A stretch of DNA of 60,479 nucleotides, counting the filler. It is 6 parts of 6 records of this genome, joined end to end, with 100 filler letters (N's around TTAATTAATTAA, not from the genome) between each part and the next. Parts side by side here need not be neighbours in the genome. Positions count along the whole stretch, not along the records: positions 1 to 12,759 come from SRR31156797_23406; positions 12,860 to 21,907 come from SRR31156797_23435; 4 more parts are not named here. One strand, written 5' to 3'. The number at the start of each line of letters is the position of its first letter. Position 1 is the stretch's first letter. The notes under the pieces were generated by a model. The model worked only from the letters and a program-made list of their open reading frames with translations. It made no database searches and was not told the DNA's origin. Below, one piece after another: positions 9,484 to 18,827 of the stretch. Made by a program: the position numbers and the translations under genes.

Positions 9484-11754
9484 ATGAAGAGGAAGAAGGG
9501 AAAGAGTTACTTCACCACCATACTGGTTCCCTTCCTTCTGCTGAGCCTGGTGATCATTCTTCTTTCTTCTCTCCTCTATTTCCGGAAAACCATGACGGTC
9601 ATCCACAGCGCCTTTGCTGAGCGCAACCTGAGTTCCATCAGCCAGGTCAGCCATATGTTCGATCTTCTCCATTCCCAGCTTATCCCGGGGCTGAAGGAGG
9701 CCAGCTATAATAACGTCACCATTTCCCGCTTGATGTTCGGTGATGATATCTCCAAAAGGGAGATGCTTGACGGCCTGGACTACCTGGACGATCTTCTGCT
9801 TTCCTATCCCCTGATCAATTCCCTCTATATCTATAACGGACAGATGGATTATTTCATCACCACCAGCAACGGAGTGGAACCGGCGAAGGGGTTCTTCGAT
9901 CATGCGGTGCTTCAGGTGGTCCACAGCTTTGACAAGGAGCAGATCGACCAGTACTGGCCCCGCACGGCAACCCTGAAGACCCCCTATACCACGACTCTGA
10001 GCGAGAAACCGGTTCTGACCCTGCTGATGGGGACCGTTCCCGACGATAAGGTTCCCTTAAAAGGGGCGCTTATCTCGAATATAGATGTGGGTGAGCTGCA
10101 GAATCTTCTCAACACCCGTTACGGCAATCCCCATGACGAGATCTTTATCATCAACCACAAGGGACGGCTTATCTGTCGAAACCGGGTGAGCAGCTCCCTG
10201 GACAGCTCCCTGTTGTTCGAGAGAGCGGCGGAAAGGAAAGAGGAGCGGGGGGTGCTGGATGCCTTCGATGACCGTCTGGTGACCTTTCAGTTCAATTATC
10301 GCCTGGGCTGGTACTTTTTCAGCGTGATGCCCCTGGAACAGATAAACCGGGAGATCCTGGATGTGAGCCACACCATTATGCTCATCATGAGCTCTGTCCT
10401 TCTGGCCAGCCTTTTCTTTTCCTACTTCGCGACCAGGCGGATCTACCGTCCCATCGACTCCCTTATGAGTCTCCTGTCGGGAGAGGAGGCCTCCCATGAG
10501 AGTCTGCCCCGGAGGGAGCAGTCCCGGGAACTGAGCTTTCTGGTCAACAGATACAAGAGCATACTGCGGGAGAAGGAAGGACTGGAGCTCTCTCTGGAGG
10601 ATCTGCAGGATGACTATCATCTGGAGATCTTCCGCTCCATACTGGAGGGACATGAATATCACTATTGGGAGGAAGAGCTCAGCAGCGAGGACTGGGCCTT
10701 TATCAACGAGCCTTTCAGTCTGTTCCTTGTACAGTGGGACAACGCTTATCAGATTGCCGAGGAGATGAAGCTGTCCGTCTACCGAACGCTTCGCAGCTCC
10801 CTTATCCGCATGGTCAAAGAGGAGCTGGATGAGAGCGCCCAGGTCATCGTTGAGATGGATGAGCGCAATCTGGCCTGCCTTTTCTCGGGGGCTCCCGAAA
10901 CGTCGCTCCCCCTTTTTGACAGGCTGCGGGAGAGGATACGGGAGGAACTGAACTGTTCGGTCACGGTTTCCTGGGTGTCCCGGAAGAGCCGGGAGGAGAT
11001 GTGGATCAAGGAGATGTATCCCCGGGCCCTGGCCGCGGCAGGGGGGAAGTTTCTCGATGGATACGGGGCCCGCATCGCCTATACCAACCAGGACAAAAGC
11101 ACCAGGATATTTCCCGGAGACTGGGCGGACAGGCTGTTTCAGCATATGAGACAGGGAGATCTTCCGGGAGCGCTCAACCGCTTTGAGGAGATCGCCCTGA
11201 GCATGAAAGAGGGAACCTACCAGGATTTCCTCCAGCATATCCGCATCTTCTCCTACAGGATCCTGCGCTATCTGAAAGACCGGGATCTTCCGGAGATACA
11301 AAAGCTGCTGCAGAGGCTGCGCAGCTATCCCGAGACCTTGGAGACCCTGCAGAACTTCCGGGTGGTGTTCCGGGATATTCTAGAGACGATCCTCAAACAG
11401 AGCGGCAAGCCCGGCCGGAAGGGCATGCAGCACTTCAGGATGATCGAGGAGACCCTGAAAAGGGAGTACAGCGATCCCGCCTGCTGTGTCCAGTCCCTGG
11501 CCGACACCCTCGGCTTTTCGCCCAACTACCTGAGGCAGATCTACAAGAGTTTCGCCGGGCGCTCCCTTTCGGATGAGATCGTTCGCCTCAGGATCGAGGA
11601 GGCCTGCCGTCTGCTGCGGGAGACCGATGAGCCTGTGAAGCAGCTCTATGAGAAAGCGGGATTCACCAACTACAGTTCCTTTTTCACCTGTTTTAAAAGG
11701 AACAAGGGGAAAACCCCCGCCGATTACCGCAGGACAGGTGATGAACATGCCTGA
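9484..11754 (+). CDS. membrane-anchored AraC-family regulator (YesS-like, extracytoplasmic sensor domain)
   Basis: Two TM segments flank a ~270-aa loop. C-terminal AraC HTH (LAD.LGFSPNYL...R.EEA.RLL...GF.NYSSF...FK...G.TP.DYR). Confidence 0.88.
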   Translation: MKRKKGKSYFTTILVPFLLLSLVIILLSSLLYFRKTMTVIHSAFAERNLSSISQVSHMFDLLHSQLIPGLKEASYNNVTISRLMFGDDISKREMLDGLDYLDDLLLSYPLINSLYIYNGQMDYFITTSNGVEPAKGFFDHAVLQVVHSFDKEQIDQYWPRTATLKTPYTTTLSEKPVLTLLMGTVPDDKVPLKGALISNIDVGELQNLLNTRYGNPHDEIFIINHKGRLICRNRVSSSLDSSLLFERAAERKEERGVLDAFDDRLVTFQFNYRLGWYFFSVMPLEQINREILDVSHTIMLIMSSVLLASLFFSYFATRRIYRPIDSLMSLLSGEEASHESLPRREQSRELSFLVNRYKSILREKEGLELSLEDLQDDYHLEIFRSILEGHEYHYWEEELSSEDWAFINEPFSLFLVQWDNAYQIAEEMKLSVYRTLRSSLIRMVKEELDESAQVIVEMDERNLACLFSGAPETSLPLFDRLRERIREELNCSVTVSWVSRKSREEMWIKEMYPRALAAAGGKFLDGYGARIAYTNQDKSTRIFPGDWADRLFQHMRQGDLPGALNRFEEIALSMKEGTYQDFLQHIRIFSYRILRYLKDRDLPEIQKLLQRLRSYPETLETLQNFRVVFRDILETILKQSGKPGRKGMQHFRMIEETLKREYSDPACCVQSLADTLGFSPNYLRQIYKSFAGRSLSDEIVRLRIEEACRLLRETDEPVKQLYEKAGFTNYSSFFTCFKRNKGKTPADYRRTGDEHA

Positions 11755-11928
11755 TCTTCCTCTGTCTCCCGATACAGAGTCCCGCAGAACGCGAAAAGCT
11801 GATTTTCTGTTAAAAATCAAAGGCAAAAACAGTAAATACGCCAGTTTTTGTTAAAATCACAACTATCCCGGAATCTCTGGCGGGGCCCATACTGGGATCA
11901 GTTTTAATGATCTCAAAGGAGTTACGAA

Positions 11929-12759
11929 ATGAAAAAAAAATTAGCCGTATTGCTGATGCTGCTGCCTCTGGCCGGTCTGTTTGCCGCGGGGCAGCAGGAG
12001 GCCCCTGCCGAGGAGGGTCCCGCTACCGTCGATTTCTATGTCTGGTCTGACGGGGACGATGACTACTCCCGTTTCTTTGATGCTTACAATGCCCAGGGCC
12101 TGGATGTGGCGATCAATCCCAAGTACATTCCCCCCGCCGACTACGAGTCCAAGATCACGACTCTGCTGGCAGGCGGCATGAACATGGACCTCTATATGCA
12201 GAAGCGTCAGGTGGATATGTTCCCCCACTACTACAACGGTTACATCGAGCCCTTGAATGAGCTGATCAGGAAGCATGGCTTTGACTTCGATACCATGAAA
12301 TCCTGGGAGTCGGCCATCTCCATTGACGGCGACATCCTCGGTCTCCCCCACAGAGGCGGTAAGTACTATACCTACTACAACGAGGCGGCCTTCCGGGCCA
12401 AGGGCGTTGACACTCCTCAGGACCTGATCGCCAGGGGCGAGTGGACCTGGGACAAGTTCATCGAGACCGCTCAGGCCATGTCCGAGAACGACGGCAAAAC
12501 CTACGGCGCCTGTATCTACACATGGGGCGGACAGCAGCTCTTTCCCGCCGCCCAGAAGGGTATTCAGCTGATCGATGCCCAGGGTAATCTCGATATCGAT
12601 GATTCGGTTCTCTGGTCTGCCAAGATGAGAAAGACCCTGGAAGACGGAATGGACATGACTCCCATGGTTGACCTGAAGGTGACCAAGACCCATTACTCCC
12701 AGGTTATGTACAGCGGCATGGCCCCCATGCTGATCATCGGCGAGTGGTTCCCCGGCATG
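11929..12759 (+). CDS. CUT1 sugar ABC substrate-binding protein (3' truncated at contig end)
   Basis: Spirochaete-style signal FAAGQQE, SBP_bac_1 motifs (YYN, WTWD). SD AAGGAG. Confidence 0.85.
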
Positions 12760-12859
12760 NNNNNNNNNNNNNNNNNNNNNNNNNNNNNNNNNNNNNNNNN
12801 NNNTTAATTAATTAANNNNNNNNNNNNNNNNNNNNNNNNNNNNNNNNNNNNNNNNNNNN
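12760..12859. other. artificial contig spacer
   Basis: 44 N + TTAATTAATTAA (stops in all six frames) + 44 N. Confidence 0.98.
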
Positions 12860-13103
12860 CGAAGGCAAGCACGGATGCCGTAAACAGTTCCCCGGGCTCT
12901 TCCCATGAAAGTTCTTCCTTTACGATTTTCCAGCCGTATTCTCCTGCGATGCGCAATCCGTCAATGTGTGATTCAACCCGGTTGTCAAGGTGTGCCAGGT
13001 CGGCAAGGGAATAGTGGGGTTCCCGCACCCCATGGTCGCGCAGGAGCCAGAGAAAAGCGGATTCTTCAGCATGTTGGGATATTATTTCAGGTATTATCGG
13101 CAT
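12860..13103 (-). CDS. TIGR02270-like HEAT-repeat T6SS-associated protein (3' truncated)
   Basis: N-terminus II.QHAEE.AFLW..R.....PHY.L.DL..LD.R.E.H.DGL is typical of this family. Located downstream of vgrG. Confidence 0.8.
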
Positions 13104-13206
13104 ATATGATATCTTTTCCGGTCAGACGATTCCGGTTCACGGCCGTCCGGCTCCATGCCCATTGTATCGCCGGCTTCCATGGCTGTTATGTGTTCCAATC
13201 TCATAA

Positions 13207-13731
13207 TTAATTTATTTGCACCGATCCGCCCTTGATCCTGTTTACCCCTGAGGAGCGATTCAGCAGATATGCGCCTCGGATAATCACCTTGCCGGCTTTT
13301 GTCAGGGTGATGCTGGACTTGCCGCAGCGAAGTACGATTTCCTCTTTGGCCGTGAAGGCGATTTTCCTGCCGTCAACCACCACCTCCTCGGGTTTTTCCC
13401 TGTCAAGGCAGATTTTTTCCGGGGCATTGGCATTGGAATCGGAATTGCCTATTTCAATATTTGAGCACAGGATATCCACGATTACGGGCCGTTCGGGATT
13501 GTTGTTCTCAAACACAAGCAACACCTCAAGGGGGAAAATATGGGTTTCCTTTTGCAGCTGCGTTTTGATTGAGTGGGTGATCCTTGCAGGCACCGGCTCC
13601 AAGGGGTTGCCCGGAAAGTCAACCCGTACCCTGCCGTTTGGATCGGTTTCCACGATTTTGCCCGCGACGGCGCCCTTGATTTGTCTTGAAAATTCAAGTT
13701 TGCGGACATTGTCCGCCAAAGCCCCTTTCAT
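13207..13731 (-). CDS. DUF6484-like mini-spike protein (T6SS/contractile system)
   Basis: V.V.FPG, VLLVFENN.P.RP..V, and a C-terminal spike-tip motif EIVLRCGKSSITLT.AGK..IRG...SSGVNRIKGGSVQIN. Confidence 0.8.
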   Translation of the reverse strand: MKGALADNVRKLEFSRQIKGAVAGKIVETDPNGRVRVDFPGNPLEPVPARITHSIKTQLQKETHIFPLEVLLVFENNNPERPVIVDILCSNIEIGNSDSNANAPEKICLDREKPEEVVVDGRKIAFTAKEEIVLRCGKSSITLTKAGKVIIRGAYLLNRSSGVNRIKGGSVQIN

Positions 13732-13735
13732 TCCA

Positions 13736-15874
13736 TTAATTCTCCAGTATCTTTTTTCCCTTTATGACGACATTCCCGGAACCCTTGGTGTTTATGTTTT
13801 TTCCCGTGATGGTGATATCGCCGTTCTTTTTCATGGTGATCGAGGCTTTGCCGACCTTGATGGTCAACTGGTCCTTGATTTCAATCCCCCCTTTTTTATC
13901 CCCCCCGACAATAAAGTCATCTCCGGACTTCAAGGTGGTTTTCTTGCCTGAGGTCATGCTGATATCCTTGCCGGCATTGACCGATTTGTCCTTGCCGATA
14001 TTTTCACTGGAGTCGGCCCCGACATTGACCGATTTGACCGCCCCGATCTCTTGGGCCTTTGCCGCCCCAACGGTTTCATTCATGGCGGCGCCCACCGTGA
14101 CCTGGTAGGCGGCCCCAATGGTCAATTCCTTTGCCGCCCCGATGGTTTCCGCCTTGTTGACCCCCACGGTCTGGGTCATGTTACTTCCAATTGTTTCAGT
14201 ATGGTTGGTTCCCACCTGGATGGTTTTATTGACCCCGATGGTTTCCTTCTGGTCATTGCCCACGGTTTTTGTCCGGTCGTGGCCCACGGACAGGGATTCA
14301 TCCACGCCCACGGACTGGGTTTTGTTGTTCTCGATGACAATGTTCCAGTCTTTCTGTCCGTGGAGGTAGATCTCTTCATCGCCCTTCTTGTCCTCAAAGC
14401 GGAATTCGTTTGATCCGCCGCCGCCAATGGTGGAGTTTGACTTGATGGTGCTTCTGGTTTTATTGGCCGGGAGGGGGTAGGGCGGGGTATTGTTGCCGTG
14501 GTAAACCCTGCCGGTGATGATGGGCCGGTCGGGATTGCCTTCAATGAATTCAACAATCACCTCATGGCCGATCCGGGGAATATACATGGCCCCCCAGCTG
14601 GCCCCGGCCCAGACCTGGGCCACCCGGATCCAGCAGGAGCTGTTTTCGTCATTCTTTCCCTCTCGATCCCAGTGAAACTGCACCTTGACCCGGCCATGCT
14701 CGTCCGTGTGGATCTCTTCCCCGGCCGGTCCCACCACGATGGCGGTCTGTACGCCTTTCACCTGTGGTCTGGGGGTTAACCGCGGCGGCCTGAAGGGTAC
14801 TTCAAAGGGAATGCATTCAAACCGGTTGGCATAGCTGCTGTCTGCCGCAGCGCCGCTTCTGTAGCTCTCCTTCTGGTCTGCATGGTGTTCCACCCGGGTG
14901 AGCAAAAAGTCTTCAAAGTTCATGTCGTCCCGGAAATACTCCTGCAAGGTGAACCGGTAGCCTGCGGCAAAGTGCCGGCAGCTGCCGTTGCCGGTGACGG
15001 TAAAGATCCGGGCCTCCTCCTCTTCTATGCGTATGGTGGTCAGCCGGTCCCCCTGGCCGCGGTTGGCATATACCCCCGGATAGTCATAGATCTCCCTTTC
15101 TCCCGGTCCCAGCTGGAATTTTGAATCGGTTGTCACCTTCAGGTCCGTATTGGGAACCTTGAAATTGAAGTCTTTCAAGGTGTAACTGCCCGCCCGGATC
15201 TCTTTCATTGCCTCGATGCGGGTGATGACATCCTCCGGTTCCCCCTCGCCCGGGGTTACCAGGTATCTTGCGAAATCCTGGTTGGGGCACGGGCTGTGCT
15301 CGGTTGGCGAATCCGCCAGCACCATGGTATGCTTTTTTTCCTCATGCTCAAAAAAGTAGAAGATGCCCTCTTCTTCGAGGAGGCGGGAAATGAAGTTAAA
15401 GTCGGTCTCCCGGTATTGAACGGTATATTCTCGCGGTTCATAGCTGCCTTGCAGCCTCAGGCTGTGGTCGGTGAAGCCGTATTCCCCAAAGATTTTCTCA
15501 ACGATATCGGGCACGGAGAGTTTCTGGAATATCCTTGAGTCCGCCGTCCGGGTCAGGAGCCAGAACCAGGGCATCATGGTGGCGGTATAGGAGGAGAACA
15601 GGGTGTCGCTGCCGACTATATCTCCACCGGATTGGCTGAAATTGGATATCAGGCCGTTAAAGTACCGTTTGCTGCCGTCCGGCAGCATGATGGAAACGGA
15701 GACGTTTTTTCCTATGATATCTTTAAACACGATATCGTGTCTTTCAGAAATCATTTTCAATTCAAAGCTGAAAAGCTCTGAAATGCCTTCTCTTCCGTTG
15801 AACCCGGTGAGGAGCAGTGCATCCGGACCGAGCGACGTGTTAACGGCAAGAAGCCGGTTTTCCTGTGTATACAT
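13736..15874 (-). CDS. vgrG: type VI secretion spike protein VgrG/TssI
   Basis: EGISELFSF, VQYRETDFNFISRLLEEEGI, GRVKVQFHWDR, SCWIRVAQ.WAG, PRIGHEV.V.F..G.PDRP, gp5-type 8-aa repeats. No C-terminal effector extension. Confidence 0.97.
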   Translation of the reverse strand: MYTQENRLLAVNTSLGPDALLLTGFNGREGISELFSFELKMISERHDIVFKDIIGKNVSVSIMLPDGSKRYFNGLISNFSQSGGDIVGSDTLFSSYTATMMPWFWLLTRTADSRIFQKLSVPDIVEKIFGEYGFTDHSLRLQGSYEPREYTVQYRETDFNFISRLLEEEGIFYFFEHEEKKHTMVLADSPTEHSPCPNQDFARYLVTPGEGEPEDVITRIEAMKEIRAGSYTLKDFNFKVPNTDLKVTTDSKFQLGPGEREIYDYPGVYANRGQGDRLTTIRIEEEEARIFTVTGNGSCRHFAAGYRFTLQEYFRDDMNFEDFLLTRVEHHADQKESYRSGAAADSSYANRFECIPFEVPFRPPRLTPRPQVKGVQTAIVVGPAGEEIHTDEHGRVKVQFHWDREGKNDENSSCWIRVAQVWAGASWGAMYIPRIGHEVIVEFIEGNPDRPIITGRVYHGNNTPPYPLPANKTRSTIKSNSTIGGGGSNEFRFEDKKGDEEIYLHGQKDWNIVIENNKTQSVGVDESLSVGHDRTKTVGNDQKETIGVNKTIQVGTNHTETIGSNMTQTVGVNKAETIGAAKELTIGAAYQVTVGAAMNETVGAAKAQEIGAVKSVNVGADSSENIGKDKSVNAGKDISMTSGKKTTLKSGDDFIVGGDKKGGIEIKDQLTIKVGKASITMKKNGDITITGKNINTKGSGNVVIKGKKILEN

Positions 15875-15953
15875 GGCAGCCCCCGTTTAAGGTGAGGAGC
15901 AGTAAAACAATGCTGATAAACCGTTTACGATAAGACAAGCATATGACCCTTTT

Positions 15954-15983
15954 TGAATACCAGACTTTTTCCGGTGATGTCAA
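15954..15983 (-). promoter_or_regulatory. possible sigma70 promoter for vgrG
   Basis: Minus strand TTGACA, 18 nt, TATTCA. A GC hairpin (15993-16022) just upstream closes the previous gene. Confidence 0.4.
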
Positions 15984-16031
15984 CAAGATAACGCCCGGCC
16001 TTCCCATGGGCCCGGGCCGGGCAACCATGCC

Positions 16032-17375
16032 TTATCTTTGCTGTTTTTTTCTTGCCACCACCACAAATCCCGATACCGGCCGGCCCTCTTCCTTGCGCAG
16101 TACCTTTGATGCCATGGAAACAACGTCAAACCCTGCATTTGAAAGGGCTTTTTTCGCATAGGACCGGGAGTGGGAATATCTGCCGTGGGTGTTGAGCCGT
16201 GGGGCCTCGGCGGTCTCCTCTGCCGTCTCCAGGGTAAAGGCGAACAGCCCGTCCGGCTTCAGGGCGTTGGCGGATCCTTCGAACACATGGGTAAGGGTAC
16301 CAAAGTAGCACAGGGTATCTGCCGAGAAAATGACATCAAAGGCGCTGGCGTGCTGGTCAAGGAACGCCGTCAGTTCCGCGGTGGCAAGATTGTCATATAC
16401 CGCTCTGCCCTTTGCCTTGGCCAGCATGCCCGGAGAGAGGTCCACGCCGGTGAGTTCTTCGGCATAGGGCCGAAGGGGCGGCCCGCAGAGACCCGTGCCG
16501 CAGCCTGCGTCCAGTATGGCAAGCCCGGCGTCCGGCCGGGGCAGGGCCTGGGCAAGGGCTTCCATGAGCAGATCGGGCGCCCGGTACTCCAGCCGTTCCA
16601 GCAGATGGGTGTCAAAGCTGTCCGCCATGTCGTCAAACACCTGCTGAACATATTGGTTCGGGGCCCTGTCCGGGGCGTCAGAGCCCATGCAGGCCGCCTT
16701 CAGGTACTGAACCGTGGGGTTCCCGGGTTCCACCGTGAGCCATTTTTCAAACACCGCCTCGGCCTCTTTTTTCCGGCCCGCGGCCACGAGGGTCATGGCC
16801 AGCCGCTGCCAGGCAAGGGCATAGTCGGGCTTCAGGATGATGGCCCGCTGGTAGGAGACGATGGCCCCGTCATCATCCTTGGATTTGACCAGGGCATTGC
16901 CCAGGTTATAATGAAAATCCTCGGATTCCGGCGCCACCCGGACAGCATGCTGATAGGTTTCCACCGCTTCCGCCACCTTGTTCCGGGCCATGAGCACCAC
17001 CCCAAGGTTGTTCAGGGCCGGGCCATGGTCGGGAAAAAGGGCGATGGCCTTTCGATAGCACTCTTCCGCCTGGCCGACCTTTCCCATGCCTTCCAGCACA
17101 TTGCCAAGGTTGTTGTGGGCATCGGCATTCTCCGGTGCCAGGGTGATGATCCGCCCTATCAGTTCGGCGGCCTCACTGCTCCGGTTCTGCTGGTGGCACA
17201 GCAGCCCCAGATAGTGCAGGGCGTCGAGATTTTTCGGTGCGGCCTCGAGCAGACGCCCATAGAGCATCTCGGCCTGGTTCAGCTGTCCGTTCCGGTGGAG
17301 GTCCAGGCCGATTTCCAGGGCCTCGTCAATGGTCAGCGCTACTTTTCCGGGTGCGGTTTTTCCATGGTTTGCCAT
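16032..17375 (-). CDS. TPR-repeat SAM-dependent methyltransferase (COG4976-like)
   Basis: About six TPRs (AHNNLGNVL, ALNNLG, FHYNLGNAL), FD..A..FD.HL...L.Y..P, ILDAGCGTG, GVDLS, GRYSHS. Confidence 0.9.
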   Translation of the reverse strand: MANHGKTAPGKVALTIDEALEIGLDLHRNGQLNQAEMLYGRLLEAAPKNLDALHYLGLLCHQQNRSSEAAELIGRIITLAPENADAHNNLGNVLEGMGKVGQAEECYRKAIALFPDHGPALNNLGVVLMARNKVAEAVETYQHAVRVAPESEDFHYNLGNALVKSKDDDGAIVSYQRAIILKPDYALAWQRLAMTLVAAGRKKEAEAVFEKWLTVEPGNPTVQYLKAACMGSDAPDRAPNQYVQQVFDDMADSFDTHLLERLEYRAPDLLMEALAQALPRPDAGLAILDAGCGTGLCGPPLRPYAEELTGVDLSPGMLAKAKGRAVYDNLATAELTAFLDQHASAFDVIFSADTLCYFGTLTHVFEGSANALKPDGLFAFTLETAEETAEAPRLNTHGRYSHSRSYAKKALSNAGFDVVSMASKVLRKEEGRPVSGFVVVARKKQQR

Positions 17376-17395
17376 TCAAATTCCCTTTCAGTTTC

Positions 17396-17719
17396 CTATT
17401 TCCCAGTGACACTCTGATCCTTTAAATTGATTTCGTAGGTCCTGTTCCGCTCGTTGACAACGGTGAGTACGGTGCCCCGCCAGTTCACCTTCAGCTTTTT
17501 GATATACACATCCTGGACGTCCGGCTCTTCCCGGTCGTCGTAAAGGGTTTCATACACCACAAGGGGCCACATCTCCTTTTCCGCGTTTTCGTCAATGGCC
17601 GCGATAATGCCCCCATTCCGGGGAAATCCCCGGGCACGGGCCCCCCGGATCTCTTCATAGCGGATCCCATGCTTTGATACCGGTTTCACCCGTTTTACCC
17701 TTCGTTTTGCCGTTTCCAT
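17396..17719 (-). CDS. hypothetical protein (107 aa)
   Basis: Abuts the patatin stop, SD AAGGAG. Protein-like motifs GIRYE, GG.I.A.D, W...VY, DVQDV.I. Confidence 0.75.
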   Translation of the reverse strand: METAKRRVKRVKPVSKHGIRYEEIRGARARGFPRNGGIIAAIDENAEKEMWPLVVYETLYDDREEPDVQDVYIKKLKVNWRGTVLTVVNERNRTYEINLKDQSVTGK

Positions 17720-18790
17720 CTATATTTTCTCCTTGTACCTCATCGTCTCCGGAGATTGAAGAAAATGCTCACCCCGGCGCTCACCATCCTCTATCAGGCG
17801 ATCAAGATAGGCGGCATCGCGGTTGAGCTTAGAAGACGCGTCCAGGGTTTTCATAAGCGCCTCGGACATGGTTATGGTAAATATGTCCACCTGTTTCAAC
17901 CCGTGTTCCTTGATATATGCTTTCTTGAAGGCGCCTTTCTCCAGGAACTTGTTTACCATCATGATATGTTTGAGATCCTGGAACAGGGACTCGTTTCCGA
18001 TCATTTCGTTCCGGCGGTCGATGATATCCTCCGGTGTGACGGGAATTTTCTCCCGTTCTCTGGGATTGATCTGGATCACCCAGAGTTCGTCCGGGATGCG
18101 GTCTTTTCCGACAAAGCTCCCACTCACCAGCTCATCTGTCGGCGGATTATCCGACAACAGGCCGTCCCAGTATGCATCCTTCCCGATCTCCACCGCAGGA
18201 AAGATCGAAGGCACCGCTGCCGAAGCCAGCACTGACTCAACCTGGATTTCATCTTTTAAGGAATTGAATTTCTTGAATTCACCGGTAAGGACATTGGCCG
18301 CCCCCAGCAGAAGAACCGGGCTTTCCGGGGTGACAAGCCCGGGGATTTCCTTGAACTTAATATATGTTTCCAGCAGCCGTTGAAAATCATAGAACCGGGG
18401 AAACATCGCTTTATAAGCGGAAACCATTGCCTGGTTAATGGGCGAACCAGGGCTGGTCTTCCATTCAGGCATTATGCCGCTGTCCACAAGCCGGGCAAAG
18501 CTGACCTGGGAGGCGTTGAGCAGTTCTTCCATCATATTACTTGTGGAATTGTCTCTCCAAAAATCGGTCAGCCGTTGTTCAAAGGGGGCCGTGTCTCCCC
18601 TGGCCGCCTTCAGCATGGAAAACCATGCCAGGGCCGCGCACACCCCTCCGCCCGAGGTGCCGCTGAGGGCGACGATCTCATTCTTTTTATGGGCTTCGTT
18701 TTTAAAAAGCGACTTCAGGACACCCGCAGTGAATGCCGTCTGACTTCCGCCTCCCTGGCAAGCAATCGCAACTTTTGTTTTCTCCGCCAT
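17720..18790 (-). CDS. patatin-like phospholipase/esterase
   Basis: Oxyanion IACQGGGS.TAFTAGV, nucleophile GTSGG (Ser46), ASAAVP, YWDG catalytic Asp. No signal peptide. Confidence 0.92.
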   Translation of the reverse strand: MAEKTKVAIACQGGGSQTAFTAGVLKSLFKNEAHKKNEIVALSGTSGGGVCAALAWFSMLKAARGDTAPFEQRLTDFWRDNSTSNMMEELLNASQVSFARLVDSGIMPEWKTSPGSPINQAMVSAYKAMFPRFYDFQRLLETYIKFKEIPGLVTPESPVLLLGAANVLTGEFKKFNSLKDEIQVESVLASAAVPSIFPAVEIGKDAYWDGLLSDNPPTDELVSGSFVGKDRIPDELWVIQINPREREKIPVTPEDIIDRRNEMIGNESLFQDLKHIMMVNKFLEKGAFKKAYIKEHGLKQVDIFTITMSEALMKTLDASSKLNRDAAYLDRLIEDGERRGEHFLQSPETMRYKEKI

Positions 18791-18821
18791 AAAAAATCCT
18801 TTGGTTTTAATTCCTGGGGCA
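18782..18821. repeat. direct repeat copy A (patatin RBS + start)
   Basis: 21 bp identical (ctccgccataaaaaatccttt) to 19868-19888. 34/40 identity over the extended repeat. Confidence 0.92.
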
Positions 18822-18827
18822 CCATAA

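Noticed and set aside
12804-12815. TTAATTAATTAA recurring five times as a biological repeat
   Set aside because: It is always centred in N runs of identical length, so it is a six-frame-stop linker from concatenation.
13094-13204. 36-codon minus-strand ORF (MRLEHITAME...) between the DUF6484-like and TIGR02270-like genes
   Set aside because: It has no clear SD or motif and cannot be supported without conservation data.
13960-14330. Periodic 24-nt repeats resembling an array
   Set aside because: These encode the gp5-type 8-residue beta-helix repeats of VgrG. There is no CRISPR repeat-spacer structure.
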